A stretch of 64,000 bases of DNA from an uncultured virus (IMG/VR IMGVR_UViG_3300008108_000086) (IMGVR_UViG_3300008108_000086), one strand, 5' to 3'; positions 50,001 to 60,266 are shown, counted from the stretch's first letter. Made by a program: numbers and translations. Notes: a model not told the origin generated them from the letters alone.

Positions 50001-51237
50001 ACTTTCTGGTACAATTGCTGACACCAACTTAAATAATTCTGGTGTAACTGCAACAGGTTATGGCACAGCAAGTTCAATACCAAAATTTGTTGTCGATGCA
50101 AAAGGTAGAATTACTAGTGCAACTAATGTTGCAATTCAAATTGCAACTTCACAGATTACTGGTTATCCAACCTTTGCAGCATCAGCAACCACAGACACAA
50201 CCAATGCGACCAATATTACTTCAGGTACTTTGCCTGATGCACGACTGTCATCAACAGCAGTAAGTGCTGGTTCATATGGTGGTAATAATAAGGTTGGAAG
50301 ATTTACTGTTGATGCAAAGGGTAGAATTACTGCTGCAAGTGATTCACAAATTTCTATTACGAAATCACAGATATCTGATTTCCCAGTCTTTACTGATACA
50401 ACCAATGCAAGTAACATTACATCAGGTACATTGGCTGATGCTAGATTGCCATCAGGATTGCCTAGATTGAGTGGTGCATCATTCACTGGAGCTGTATCTG
50501 TGAATGGTACAGGTTCAGCACAACTCACAACAAGTGGTGATATCTATGCATACAGAAGCGGTGGTACAACTGGTGTTATATTCTTAAACAGTGCTGGCAA
50601 TAGGTATCTTTACAATGATGGTTCAAATTATTATTTACCTGGCCAAGGTCTGATTGTCAATGGTTCCACTGTTCTAAACACGGCAGACGCAGCCACTATT
50701 ACGGGTACAAGAAATTATACATCAAGTGCATCAGTTAATACCCAAGGTCAAGCAGGTACATTGGTTGCTTATGGCAATCAAGGTAGTATAGGTACAAACC
50801 ACGCAACTATGTCCTTCCATAGACCAGGTTATTATGCTATTAACATGGGTCTAGACAACGATAACGTGTTCCGTATTGGCGGTTGGTCAGCAGGTGCTAA
50901 TAGATTCCAAATGGACATGTCAGGTAACTTGACGATGGCAGGCAACGTAACTGCTTTCTCTGATATTAGATTAAAAACAAACATTCAAACAATCGAAAAC
51001 GCTTTAGATAAAGTGATGAATATGCGTGGTGTTTCTTTTGAAAGAATTGATAATGGTGAAAAGAACATTGGTGTTATTGCACAAGAAATAAAAGAAGTTC
51101 TTCCAGAAGTTGTTATGCAACATGAAGGTGAAGACCAGTTTATGTCAGTATCTTATGGTAACATTGTTGGTGTTTTGATTGAAGCAATTAAAGAACTTAA
51201 AGCAGAGATTGAAGTTTTAAAAGGACAGAATAAATGA
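47008..51237 (+). CDS. tail fibre protein with C-terminal intramolecular chaperone (peptidase S74-like)
   Basis: Beta-repeat and AN-heptad regions, VDAKGRIT repeats; C-terminal SDIRLKTNI...GVIAQE...PEVV...LIEAIKEL. Confidence 0.85.
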   Translation: MANTVTSLSYANTFGHWLTSTNALIAENNALAKDNYVKDSGTIYLSEGTLNALQSNGNVIVQKVLSVQGVGSYAVVQNDLTVQRQGLFTNTELSLTASGNVQIDKVLTVSGLGYGLRVVNDAEVDGNLYVGGDLDLNILEARQKVNTSTLSVTGSTFTNKLQANNQVVTGVLTANSSIFTSRLQSNTSITTTEIQANTVINAATISITTGIFGNSLQANSSVNTSNASIVNTLYVNRVQANSSVNTSNVSVVNTVFANNIVANSSIRVPEAFISGNAYVSNNFFVNSSTYVDDNVYAANTMFSDIVFANTVYIQNNSLTVGNTNSTSFFAAANITTPTLHFVQGYGDYLTANLHIYTPSIDVEGTTLTRFVQANSSMNTSNSSVVNTSWTNYLVANTLVTTAGIAVTGKTHTNTLQANTSANTETLSVTQRALIDRVQANTSVNTDILSVATIAYSNRFQANSTVNAQSISVTSNTFTNRLQANTSVNTATMFVTNKIDANDASVFVNNLQTLGQLSVGGDFVINGTTVYNSNVFTLNAASNEGQFASIFVNRGITGANAEIFWNESQEWWEVYGVHTGDYYRILSDEHLSDALDSTNPLVIASSLAANTLDVKIQTANNYFTSVTNSTNSFANGAFVRANSSYAAQNTTASFANAAFRHANAAYESANNVAPQVAPAFAQANAAFAKANSVISSIRGTTGSISASDAGVTLRSNNGIVIFATNDGDTGNTLSISTSQDLRTSGSPTFAGLTLSTPLQVGQGGTGTTSYASLFGLAVTAAAGSGEAGKVLGTDGSGSYSWVTGGTGGGGGGTQPGSRISSARLSYTGDSSTAKFTTPTFSTGTQLRAYINGVRQLESEYNAFTSNSIIWFTSPPVTGDKILVEVDGYAVYEYFANNIVYGPASGDMSGATIQDAIDNLETRKMPKIGGTFTGRVNGLTMPSTTSNTVFATTQFVNQYANAGYTLTHSITGNAGTVTNGLYSSSSYADPSWLTSLATSKLSGTIADTNLNNSGVTATGYGTASSIPKFVVDAKGRITSATNVAIQIATSQITGYPTFAASATTDTTNATNITSGTLPDARLSSTAVSAGSYGGNNKVGRFTVDAKGRITAASDSQISITKSQISDFPVFTDTTNASNITSGTLADARLPSGLPRLSGASFTGAVSVNGTGSAQLTTSGDIYAYRSGGTTGVIFLNSAGNRYLYNDGSNYYLPGQGLIVNGSTVLNTADAATITGTRNYTSSASVNTQGQAGTLVAYGNQGSIGTNHATMSFHRPGYYAINMGLDNDNVFRIGGWSAGANRFQMDMSGNLTMAGNVTAFSDIRLKTNIQTIENALDKVMNMRGVSFERIDNGEKNIGVIAQEIKEVLPEVVMQHEGEDQFMSVSYGNIVGVLIEAIKELKAEIEVLKGQNK

Positions 51238-52223
51238 CAACAAAGATAACGCCATCAGTACTGGCAAATACAGCAGTCACTGCTGGTTCTTATGGTACAG
51301 CTTCACAAATACCAACAATTGAAATTGATGCACAAGGCCGTGTTGTTGCTGCCGAACAAAATGCAGTTGCAATAAACACAAGCCAATTGGTATCAGGTAC
51401 CATTGCTGATGCAAGATTACCAGATAAGGTAACTGCAACATCGGTTGGTTCCGCAAGTCAAGTTTCTCGTTTTACTGTTGATACTAAAGGAAGAATTACT
51501 TCAGCGAACAGTACACCAATTCAAATCGCAACTTCACAAATCACTGGTTATCCAACTTTTGCAACATCTGCTACAACAGATACAACCAATGCAGATAACA
51601 TTACTTCAGGTACATTAGCTGCGGCCAGATTACCAACAACAGCAGTAACTGTTGGAACATATGGTTCCTCGGCTGGTTCCGCATACTCAAGGTTTGTAGT
51701 TGATTCTTATGGTAGAATCACATCAGCGGCCAACGTGGCAATATCAATACCATCTTCACAAGTTACAGGTTTGGCCACTTCAGCAACCACCGATACTACA
51801 GATGCATCCAATATAACCACAGGATTTTTACCATCTGCTAGACTAACAATAACAGGTGTAACTGCTGGTTCATATGGTTCACAATCACATGCAACAAGAT
51901 TTACTGTTGATAACAGAGGTAGACTTACTTCTGCAAACAACATTGCAATTTTAATTAATGCATCAGCTGTTGCAGGTTTAGCTTCAGTGGCCACATCAGG
52001 TTCTTACTTTGATTTGGCAGATAAACCTTCTATTCCTACCACAATAAACACACTATCCACTGGTTATCCGATTGGTTCAATTTATATGAACGGATTGAAC
52101 AGTGCTAATCCAAATACATTGTTTGGTTTTGGTACCTGGGTACCAGTTACCAACACAGTCTTTGCCACAGCCAATACAACACCAGATATTGATCCACTTT
52201 ATGTTTGGATGCGAACCGAATAA
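51234..52223 (+). CDS. tail fibre-related protein
   Basis: Four VDxxGRxT-type repeats; C-terminal YPIGSIY...NP..LFGFGTW...YVWMRT (gp10-like). Confidence 0.7.
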   Translation: MTTKITPSVLANTAVTAGSYGTASQIPTIEIDAQGRVVAAEQNAVAINTSQLVSGTIADARLPDKVTATSVGSASQVSRFTVDTKGRITSANSTPIQIATSQITGYPTFATSATTDTTNADNITSGTLAAARLPTTAVTVGTYGSSAGSAYSRFVVDSYGRITSAANVAISIPSSQVTGLATSATTDTTDASNITTGFLPSARLTITGVTAGSYGSQSHATRFTVDNRGRLTSANNIAILINASAVAGLASVATSGSYFDLADKPSIPTTINTLSTGYPIGSIYMNGLNSANPNTLFGFGTWVPVTNTVFATANTTPDIDPLYVWMRTE

Positions 52224-52252
52224 CTGATAAATACCTCTAAAGGGGTTAAAAA

Positions 52253-52594
52253 ATGCCAGCAGGTTATCAAGAATTATTTTTAGAACAAGGTTCAAACTTT
52301 AACACATCGGTCGCATTGGATGAGGCCGATGGTATGCCTTTTCAATTAGTTAATTGCCAAGTTAAAGCTGTGATGAAAAAATCTTATTATTCAAGTAACA
52401 CAACAGCGCAATTTGTAATAACAATTAATGATCCAACTGAAGGTATATTGATTATGTCTCTACCATATGCAAATACTGCAAACATTTCTGCTGGTAGATA
52501 TGTATATGATGTTGTTATAAAAGATTCTTCTAATAACGTTACAAGAGTTTTAGAGGGAATTGTGAACGTGTTGCCTCAAGTTACTGTATTTTAA
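52253..52594 (+). CDS. phage structural/adaptor protein
   Basis: LEQGSNF...GRYVYDV...RVLEGIVNV.P.VT. Confidence 0.7.
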   Translation: MPAGYQELFLEQGSNFNTSVALDEADGMPFQLVNCQVKAVMKKSYYSSNTTAQFVITINDPTEGILIMSLPYANTANISAGRYVYDVVIKDSSNNVTRVLEGIVNVLPQVTVF

Positions 52595-52603
52595 AGGAAC
52601 ATT

Positions 52604-53137
52604 ATGCCAACAGTAACAGTTAGACAACCAGCAACCGTTAAGGTAAGAGTAGAAGGACAAAAATCAAGGGTCCAGACACTATCATATGGTACAAAAACAC
52701 TTAGAAGTTTAACAGACCTAGGACTTACTGGTGCAAACACAGGTGATGTGATAGTTTATAACTCCGAAACAAAAACATTTAGTGCAAAAGGCCTTGGCAC
52801 GGATACTCCCGTTCGTGGTCATTTATTACCAACAGAGTCGAGAACATACGACCTTGGTAGCAGAACAAGAAAATTCCGAAGTCTCTTTCTAAGTGGTAAC
52901 ACTATTGACTTGGATGGTACAGTCATTAAAGCTGAAGCAACAACAGGTGCGATTTCATTTGCAGCTGCACCGACAGCAGCAAATCCTAATCCGATTGCGC
53001 TTGTTATTTCACCGGTTGGCGGAATTGCACCAGTGCAGACCATTCAAGGTGTGATTCCAGAAGATGCAATTCAACGGGCAGTGGCAAACTCAGTAACTTA
53101 TTTGGCATTCCAGGGTGTTGATATGGGTTTCTTTTGA
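52604..53137 (+). CDS. tail fibre-related protein
   Basis: LTDL...GDVIVYN; GHLLP...YDLGS...FRSLFLSG.TI. Confidence 0.65.
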   Translation: MPTVTVRQPATVKVRVEGQKSRVQTLSYGTKTLRSLTDLGLTGANTGDVIVYNSETKTFSAKGLGTDTPVRGHLLPTESRTYDLGSRTRKFRSLFLSGNTIDLDGTVIKAEATTGAISFAAAPTAANPNPIALVISPVGGIAPVQTIQGVIPEDAIQRAVANSVTYLAFQGVDMGFF

Positions 53138-53145
53138 GATAAATT

Positions 53146-53370
53146 ATGGCAAATACAACAATACAGATACTGCGTTCTTACGCAAATACGGCACCGAATC
53201 ATTTAGAAGATGGTGAGTTGGCATTTTCTTTTGTTTCCAACACTCTTTTTATTGGTAGCAGTAGATTAAATGTGGAAACTCAATTATACACCAATAACAT
53301 TGTGAGTATAGGTGGACCAGAGTACATTGCCAATGCGATTAGTATAATTGATGCAGGCAATTTTTCATAA
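53146..53370 (+). CDS. short protein with Mtd-N-like fibre attachment domain
   Basis: IQILRS...LEDGELAFS...LFIG; ends IDAGNF. Confidence 0.6.
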   Translation: MANTTIQILRSYANTAPNHLEDGELAFSFVSNTLFIGSSRLNVETQLYTNNIVSIGGPEYIANAISIIDAGNFS

Positions 53371-53416
53371 ATAGATAATAGGATTTAAATCCAACTAAAC
53401 AAAAAGGATAATAATA

Positions 53417-55330
53417 ATGGCTATCGGAAACACCTCAATTCTAATCAAGCGTTCCACCACGCTAGGCACACCAGTAAGCTTACAAGCTGGTGAACTTGGT
53501 TATTCATACCTTTCAAATACCATATTCATTGGTTCACCATCTGGTACAGGTGTTGTTAATGTTGGTGGTCAATATTATACGTCACAAATTGATGCAGCTA
53601 CCAGTTCAAATACTGTTAGTACAATTGTTAAACGTGATGCAGCTGGTAACGTTTTCTTAGGCCACGCAAACGTTAGAAGCATTAGTTTCTCCGATGGTGG
53701 TACATTAAGTACTGGTGCTTTCTCAGGTAACGCAAACTCAGCAACACAATTTCAGACCGACAGATATATTGATGTTACTGGTGGCGACATTACTGCTTCT
53801 GCACAATTGTTTAATGGTACCGCAAATGCAACATTAAGTGCATCACTTAACTCTGTTGCTGGTCTATCTGCTGGTACATACGGTGGTGTAACCAACATTC
53901 CTGTTGTTACTGTTGCTGCAAACGGCCGTGTTATGGCCATTGCCAATACAAGTATTGCAACCTCTTTGAGTATTGCTGCTGATACTGGTACAGATACAGT
54001 ACACCTTGCAAATAACACATTGACCTTTACTGGTGGTGAAGGTATAACATCAGCAGTAACAGATAATGCAGTTTCTTTTGGTGTAGACACTACAGTTGTT
54101 CGTGCAAATACACCTAGTTTACTACAAACGATTGATGGCGACCTTATACTTAGCGGCAACTTGTCGGTTTTAGGTACATCTACAACATATAACGTTACAA
54201 CACTTACTGTTGAAGACTCATTGATTGCACTTGCTAAAAACAATACATCCGATGCGGTTGATATTGGTTTCTACGGCCACTACAATAACGGTGCAGACCG
54301 CCATGCAGGTTTGATGCGTCATGCTGGTGATGGTTACTTCTATTTGTTCGACAACTATGATACAGAACCAACAGGTAACGTAATCAACGTTGCATCTGCA
54401 AGTTTCCGTCAAGCAAACTTGAAATCTAACTTAGTTGCTGCATGGGCAAACACAACAGTATTACAAGTTGGTACATTAAACGTTGCTGGTGCAACAACAC
54501 TAAAATCACTAACATTAACTGAGGATTTAGAAGTTCCTAGTGGTGGTACTGGTGCAAGTTCATTCACAGCAGGTTCTATCCTTGTTGGTGATGGTTCAAA
54601 CTCATTAAAACTACTTGCTAATAGTACATATACTGAAACAGGTAGTGGCGCACAAAACAATACTATTACTTCTGTAACTGTTGATGCATATGGTAGAACA
54701 ACAGCTGCAACATTTAGTCAGATTTCTGGTCTAACAGTTGGCCAAGGTGGTACTGGTGTAAATACATTTAGTGCCGGTCAAGTTATTATTGGTAACGGGT
54801 CTGGTGCTTTAGTATCACAAGCAAACGTAGCGTCAATTAATACAAACGTTGCAACTTCAAACACAGTTAACAACATCACGACAGATGTATACGGCCGTGT
54901 AACAGGATTTTCACAACAAGAAATTTCTGGTCTATCAGTTGCTCAAGGCGGTACAGGTGCATCCACATTTACAGCTGGCAGAATGTTGGTTGGCAATGGC
55001 GCTGGTGCAATTCAGGCAATCGCTAACGTTACATACACATTAACTGGTACACTAGGTGCTGCTAAGACAATCACATCATTGACTGTTGATGAATATGGCC
55101 GTGTAAGTGCTGCAACTGCTTCAGACATTTCTGGTTTGACTGTAACACAAGGCGGTACTGGTGCTTCTACATTCACCACAAACGGTATCGTATTTGGTTC
55201 AGGCACTAGTGCAATGGGTGTTACTGCTGCGGCAGGTACATCAGACCAAACATGGTCTAATCAAATACTTACAGTAACCAACGCAGGTGTTCCTGTTTGG
55301 TCATCCGCTTTGGACGGAGGTCAATTCTAA
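53417..55330 (+). CDS. tail fibre protein
   Basis: ILIKRS...LQAGELGYS N-terminus; V.QGGTG and VD.YGR repeats; ends LDGGQF. Confidence 0.78.
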   Translation: MAIGNTSILIKRSTTLGTPVSLQAGELGYSYLSNTIFIGSPSGTGVVNVGGQYYTSQIDAATSSNTVSTIVKRDAAGNVFLGHANVRSISFSDGGTLSTGAFSGNANSATQFQTDRYIDVTGGDITASAQLFNGTANATLSASLNSVAGLSAGTYGGVTNIPVVTVAANGRVMAIANTSIATSLSIAADTGTDTVHLANNTLTFTGGEGITSAVTDNAVSFGVDTTVVRANTPSLLQTIDGDLILSGNLSVLGTSTTYNVTTLTVEDSLIALAKNNTSDAVDIGFYGHYNNGADRHAGLMRHAGDGYFYLFDNYDTEPTGNVINVASASFRQANLKSNLVAAWANTTVLQVGTLNVAGATTLKSLTLTEDLEVPSGGTGASSFTAGSILVGDGSNSLKLLANSTYTETGSGAQNNTITSVTVDAYGRTTAATFSQISGLTVGQGGTGVNTFSAGQVIIGNGSGALVSQANVASINTNVATSNTVNNITTDVYGRVTGFSQQEISGLSVAQGGTGASTFTAGRMLVGNGAGAIQAIANVTYTLTGTLGAAKTITSLTVDEYGRVSAATASDISGLTVTQGGTGASTFTTNGIVFGSGTSAMGVTAAAGTSDQTWSNQILTVTNAGVPVWSSALDGGQF

Positions 55331-55376
55331 GCTGACTATATAATGTAATAGATTTTTTTTATGATAGGAGTTTGAA

Positions 55377-56102
55377 ATGGCAAATGAAAAGTATTTAAAT
55401 TATTATATTGAGACATTGACGGCAACAATGACAGACTGTGTTGTCCGAAATGTCTCAATGCAAGCGAATCAAAAAATTACTGATGATGTTGTAAAAGAAC
55501 AGACTGAAAAACTTGAAGCATTGGCAAGATCCAATAATGAATTACAAACATTAATTGGAGAATTGGAACAAGCCAATGCAACGAATGAAAGTAGTGTCAT
55601 ACAAGATTTGAAAAACAAGTTAGACGAAAAGGAAAAACTTGTTGCCAAACAAAGTACCGACATTAATGAATTGACCAATAAACATCGTATTGAACTTGAG
55701 GAATTAAACACAAAGTTTAGAGACTATGATAGTGTTAAGAATCAAGCAACACATGTCGAAACGTTTAAAGGTGAATTGATTAGAGCCCGAGAAGAAACTA
55801 ATAGAGTTCGAACAGAACTTGAAAATAGAATCAACTCTATGAATGCCGAAACGAATGGAAAAATTCAAGGCATTAATGAAGAAAATGATAAAAATGTTAG
55901 AGTGTTGATTCAGAGACATGAAGCTGAGAAAGGTAATCTGAATAATAAGATTGCCGAATTGACTGAAAAGATTGAATACTTACAACTACCTCCTGCCAAA
56001 CGAAGAAAAATTGAAGAACAGCTGAATAAAGAAGTGGCACCAACGACAATAACAAGTTTAGTTGGTGCTGATGGCGAACTCAAGGATGGCGGATCGTTTT
56101 AA
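55377..56102 (+). CDS. coiled-coil protein
   Basis: Heptad-rich E/K/L composition; AGGAG RBS. Confidence 0.7.
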   Translation: MANEKYLNYYIETLTATMTDCVVRNVSMQANQKITDDVVKEQTEKLEALARSNNELQTLIGELEQANATNESSVIQDLKNKLDEKEKLVAKQSTDINELTNKHRIELEELNTKFRDYDSVKNQATHVETFKGELIRAREETNRVRTELENRINSMNAETNGKIQGINEENDKNVRVLIQRHEAEKGNLNNKIAELTEKIEYLQLPPAKRRKIEEQLNKEVAPTTITSLVGADGELKDGGSF

Positions 56103-56106
56103 GTAA

Positions 56107-57735
56107 ATGTCAAACACAGCAATACAGTTAAAAAAATCAGGCGTAACAGGAAACACACCATCAGGTCTTGCATTTGGTGAGGTTGCTCTTAACTACGCCG
56201 ATGGTAAACTGTTTTATAAAAACAGTCTTGGTGGTACATCATACATATCCAACCAATTCTCGTTTGACACAATCAACTCAAACAACTCCCTAATATTTGC
56301 GGGAAGTGGTTCAGACACCTTGTCTTTTGTTGCAGGTAATAATGTTACCATAAGCACAAATACAACCACAAAAACAATCACAATCAATGCGTCAGTATCA
56401 GGTGGAAGTGACCCTGGTCCTGCGTTTGACCGTGCCAATGGTGCATTTGTAACTGCTAACTCAGCAGCCAGCTTTGCCAATGATGCTTTTTTAAGAGCTA
56501 ATGCATCCTATGATTCACAAAATACCACAGCATCGTTTGCCAACGGTGCCTTTGTGGTGGCCAATTCATCAGCAACTTTTGCTAACGGAGCTTTCGATAG
56601 AGCCAATGCGGCCTATAATGCTGCGAATACCGCCACAGACCCGTGGGTAAGAACTCAAGCAAATAATGCTTACGACAAAGCCAATTCAGCTGGTTCATTT
56701 GCCAACGGAGCATTCGATGTTGCCAATTCGGCAGCCAGCTTTGCTAATGGTGCATTCACACAAGCAAATTCTAACTATACAAGTGCTGTAACAAAATTAA
56801 ATGTAACTCATAGTGGTGCTTCAGCATATTTAATTGACCAATATTCAGGTAATAATCCATCAATTTATATTTCAGGTGGTGAAACAATAGCATTCAATCT
56901 TGATATATCTGGTCATCCATTTCTAATTCGTCAATCATCAGGTGGTACTAATATTTCTGATGGATTAACACACGTGTCATCTTCAGGTGTTGTAACAACA
57001 GGTTCCAATGCTCAAGGAAAAGAATCTGGAATATTATTTTGGAAAGTTCCTTTCTCTTTAGTTGAAAGTACATATGTTTATCAATGCCAATACCATAGTG
57101 GTATGGTTGGAAATATTATTATACAACAACCAGTTTCTTTTGTTGCTAGTAATACAACTTTGGCTTTTTCGCTGGCCAATGGTGCTTTTGATAGAGCCAA
57201 TTCAGCGGCATCATTTGCTAATGGTGCATTTGTAACAGCCAATTCTGGTGCCACGTTTGCTAATGGTGCTTTTGTAACAGCCAATTCTGGTGCATCATTT
57301 GCTAATGGTGCTTTTGATAGAGCCAATTCAGCGGCATCATTTGCTAATGGTTCTTTTGTAACAGCCAATTCTGGTGCCACGTTTGCTAATGGTGCTTTCA
57401 ATGCAGCTAATTCTGGTGCCATGTTTGCTAATGGTGCTTTCAATGCAGCTAATTCTGGTGCCATGTTTGCCAATGGTGCTTTTGATAGAGCCAATGCTGC
57501 ATATGCATTTGCAAATACAATTTCTGGAGGTTCTTCGGTTGATAATGTAGCTAGGAATAGTGCAAATTCAGCAGAATTTTTTGCTAATGGTGCCTTTATT
57601 ACAGCGAATTCGGCCGCAAGTTTTGCCAATGGTGCTTTTGATAGAGCCAATGCAGCCTTCGCTAAAGCTAACACAGGAACAACCGCACTCGATGTAAACT
57701 CTGATATTGTTGCCTTCACAATCGCCTTTAGTTGA
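56107..57735 (+). CDS. tail fibre protein with AN heptads and cupredoxin-like insert
   Basis: IQLKKS...GEVALNY.DGKLFY; GHPF...YQCQYHSGMVG; ANGAFDRAN repeats. Confidence 0.75.
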   Translation: MSNTAIQLKKSGVTGNTPSGLAFGEVALNYADGKLFYKNSLGGTSYISNQFSFDTINSNNSLIFAGSGSDTLSFVAGNNVTISTNTTTKTITINASVSGGSDPGPAFDRANGAFVTANSAASFANDAFLRANASYDSQNTTASFANGAFVVANSSATFANGAFDRANAAYNAANTATDPWVRTQANNAYDKANSAGSFANGAFDVANSAASFANGAFTQANSNYTSAVTKLNVTHSGASAYLIDQYSGNNPSIYISGGETIAFNLDISGHPFLIRQSSGGTNISDGLTHVSSSGVVTTGSNAQGKESGILFWKVPFSLVESTYVYQCQYHSGMVGNIIIQQPVSFVASNTTLAFSLANGAFDRANSAASFANGAFVTANSGATFANGAFVTANSGASFANGAFDRANSAASFANGSFVTANSGATFANGAFNAANSGAMFANGAFNAANSGAMFANGAFDRANAAYAFANTISGGSSVDNVARNSANSAEFFANGAFITANSAASFANGAFDRANAAFAKANTGTTALDVNSDIVAFTIAFS

Positions 57736-57766
57736 TAGAATAAATAAAGGATAATAGGGAATTTAT

Positions 57767-58093
57767 ATGGCAAATACATTTAAAAATCAACTACAAGCAG
57801 CAGTCGGAACATCACCAGCAACCATTTATACTGCTGGTGCCAATGTGTCGACCACAGTTATTGGTATGACTATTGCAAACATACTAAACACAACCATAAC
57901 AGCCAATGTGATATTGAATTCTGGTGGTTCAGACTACTATATGGTTAAGATGGCTGAGATTGAACCTGGCAATTCTTTAATCACTATCGGCGGTGAACAG
58001 AAATTAGTAATGAGAGCCAACGATGTTCTAAAAGTTTCAACAAGTAATGCTTCAGCAGCTGATGTTATTGTGAGTTTATTGGAAATAACATAA
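57767..58093 (+). CDS. small virion structural protein
   Basis: MANTFKN...VIGMTIAN...KLVM...D.LKV...DVIVSLLEIT; preceded by ATAAATA. Confidence 0.72.
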   Translation: MANTFKNQLQAAVGTSPATIYTAGANVSTTVIGMTIANILNTTITANVILNSGGSDYYMVKMAEIEPGNSLITIGGEQKLVMRANDVLKVSTSNASAADVIVSLLEIT

Positions 58094-58094
58094 C

Positions 58095-60266
58095 ATGGAA
58101 TTTACTTACATTGGCAACCAAAATAAGAAGGATGTAAGGTTAACCGGTTCATTTGCTAATGGTGCATTTGTAACTGCTAACTCAGCAGCCTCTTTTGCTA
58201 ATGCGGCCTTCGATAGGGCCAATGCGGCCTTCTTACAGGCGAATACTAGTGGTGGTGGAGGCAGTAGTACACCAGTAACAATTTATTCTGATGTGTTTAC
58301 TGCCAATGGTAATACGTCAACATTCAATTTAAGTACATCACCGGAAGATGAAAATTATATAATTGCAGTAGTCGATGGTATTACTCAATTAAGAAGTACG
58401 TATACTGTTACAGGTAACGTGGTCACTTTTGATAGTGCATTTGATAATGGAGCCAACGTTGAAATAACAACCATCACTGGCGGCGGTGAAAGTCCATATG
58501 CAGCCAACCACGCCAATTTGGCATATGCACAGGCAAATGCTGCCTTCACGCAGGCAAATAATTCTACTGATACATGGGTAAGAACACAAGCTAACAGTGC
58601 GTTTGACAAAGCAAACTCGGCAGGTTCATTTGCTAATAGTTCTTTTGTAACTGCCAATGCAAGTTATGACCAAGCAAACACAGGTGCTTTATTTGCAAAT
58701 GGTGCCTTCATAACAGCCAATTCTGGTGCATCATTTGCCAATGGTGCTTTCGATAGAGCCAATGCTGCTTATGCACAGGCTAATAATTCTACTGATACTT
58801 GGGTTAGGACTCAGGCCAATAATGCATACGATACGGCAAACTCGGCTCAAACATTTGCTAACGCAGCATTTATAACAGCAAACTCTGCGGCAAGTTTTGC
58901 TAACGGTGCTTATGCGGCCGCAAACTTAAAATTTAATACATCAGGTGGTACAATTTCTGGTGATGTTTCCATTACAGGAAATCTAAGTATATTAGGTAAT
59001 GCATTCAGCACTAGTGCAACTCAAATTGTTGCAAATGATACACTCTTTATTATGGGTACAGGAAACTATTCAGGTGATGTACTTGATATTGGTTTTTCAT
59101 CTCATTACAACGATGGTACCAATGCACACACAGGTATAATTCGAGATGCTGGCACCAAAGAATGGCATGTGTTTGAAGGTTATACACCTGAGGTTGGTGC
59201 AAACAATAGTATTGATATTAATCATGCATCATTTAAGATTGCAACACTTCAAGCAAATTTAAAATCAACAACCATAACGATTAAAGGTATAGATTTATTA
59301 CCTTATGTTAATAATGCATATGCAACGGCCAACTCTGGTGCATCCTTTGCTAACTCAGCATTCATTACAGCCAATGCATCATATGAATCCCAGAATACCA
59401 CAGCATCGTTTGCTAACGGTGCTTTCATTACAGCTAATGCGGCATTCAATGCAGCGAACAATGCAACCGATCCGTGGGTAAGAAATCAGGCTAACAACTC
59501 TTACAATACAGCTAACGGAGCATTTGTAACAGCCAATTCTGCTGCATCATTTGCTAATGGTGCTTTTGATAGAGCCAATGCTGCTTATGCAGCTGCAAAT
59601 ACGGGTAGTGGAGTAGGTGGTGTATTAACAAGTTTTGTTGATACATTTACTGCGAATGGTATATCCAACAACTTCACATTATCAACAACACCAACGAATA
59701 AAAATATTACGTTTGTGTCTATACAAGGTGTATTACAACCAAAAGAAAGTTATAATATATCTGGTACCATATTAACATTTGATTCCACTCCACCAAATAC
59801 AGCTTTTATTGAAATAACAACTTTGAATGGTGCATCTGATAATGCTGCCTTTATTGCAGCCAATGCTGCCTTTATTACAGCCAATTCTGGTGCATCATTT
59901 GCTAACGCAGCATTTATACAGGCTAATGCTGCATTCACTCAAGCAAATACTGCTTCAATAAGATACATCACTTTAAATGAAACTGGTAATATTGTCATAA
60001 AAACCGGAACAGTAAGATTTTATCCGCCTAGTAATATAGCTATAAATAATGTATACGCTAGTTTGAGCACCACATCAGCAAACACTTTTACTTTCGAGGT
60101 AGTTAAAAACGGGTCAGTAGTAGGAACATACAACATAGACTCTAACACAAATAAAATGACCGTAGCGGCAGCAAATATTAATTTAACTTCAAACGATTAC
60201 TTAACAGTAAATATTACTAATGGGTCACAAGCAAGTGATTTAAGAATTGACTTAGAGTATAAATAG
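58095..60266 (+). CDS. tail fibre protein with AN heptads
   Basis: Two FTANG...F.LS.P beta modules, AN heptads, DIGF..HYN.G..HTG module shared with ORF 53417. Confidence 0.75.
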   Translation: MEFTYIGNQNKKDVRLTGSFANGAFVTANSAASFANAAFDRANAAFLQANTSGGGGSSTPVTIYSDVFTANGNTSTFNLSTSPEDENYIIAVVDGITQLRSTYTVTGNVVTFDSAFDNGANVEITTITGGGESPYAANHANLAYAQANAAFTQANNSTDTWVRTQANSAFDKANSAGSFANSSFVTANASYDQANTGALFANGAFITANSGASFANGAFDRANAAYAQANNSTDTWVRTQANNAYDTANSAQTFANAAFITANSAASFANGAYAAANLKFNTSGGTISGDVSITGNLSILGNAFSTSATQIVANDTLFIMGTGNYSGDVLDIGFSSHYNDGTNAHTGIIRDAGTKEWHVFEGYTPEVGANNSIDINHASFKIATLQANLKSTTITIKGIDLLPYVNNAYATANSGASFANSAFITANASYESQNTTASFANGAFITANAAFNAANNATDPWVRNQANNSYNTANGAFVTANSAASFANGAFDRANAAYAAANTGSGVGGVLTSFVDTFTANGISNNFTLSTTPTNKNITFVSIQGVLQPKESYNISGTILTFDSTPPNTAFIEITTLNGASDNAAFIAANAAFITANSGASFANAAFIQANAAFTQANTASIRYITLNETGNIVIKTGTVRFYPPSNIAINNVYASLSTTSANTFTFEVVKNGSVVGTYNIDSNTNKMTVAAANINLTSNDYLTVNITNGSQASDLRIDLEYK

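Noticed and set aside
53146..57735. Diversity-generating retroelement suggested by Mtd-N-like domains
   Set aside because: No reverse transcriptase and no adenine-specific TR/VR pair seen in this window
57081..57779. 232-aa minus-strand ORF and similar antisense ORFs over fibre genes
   Set aside because: Antisense shadows of repetitive Ala/Asn codons, with no RBS or independent signal
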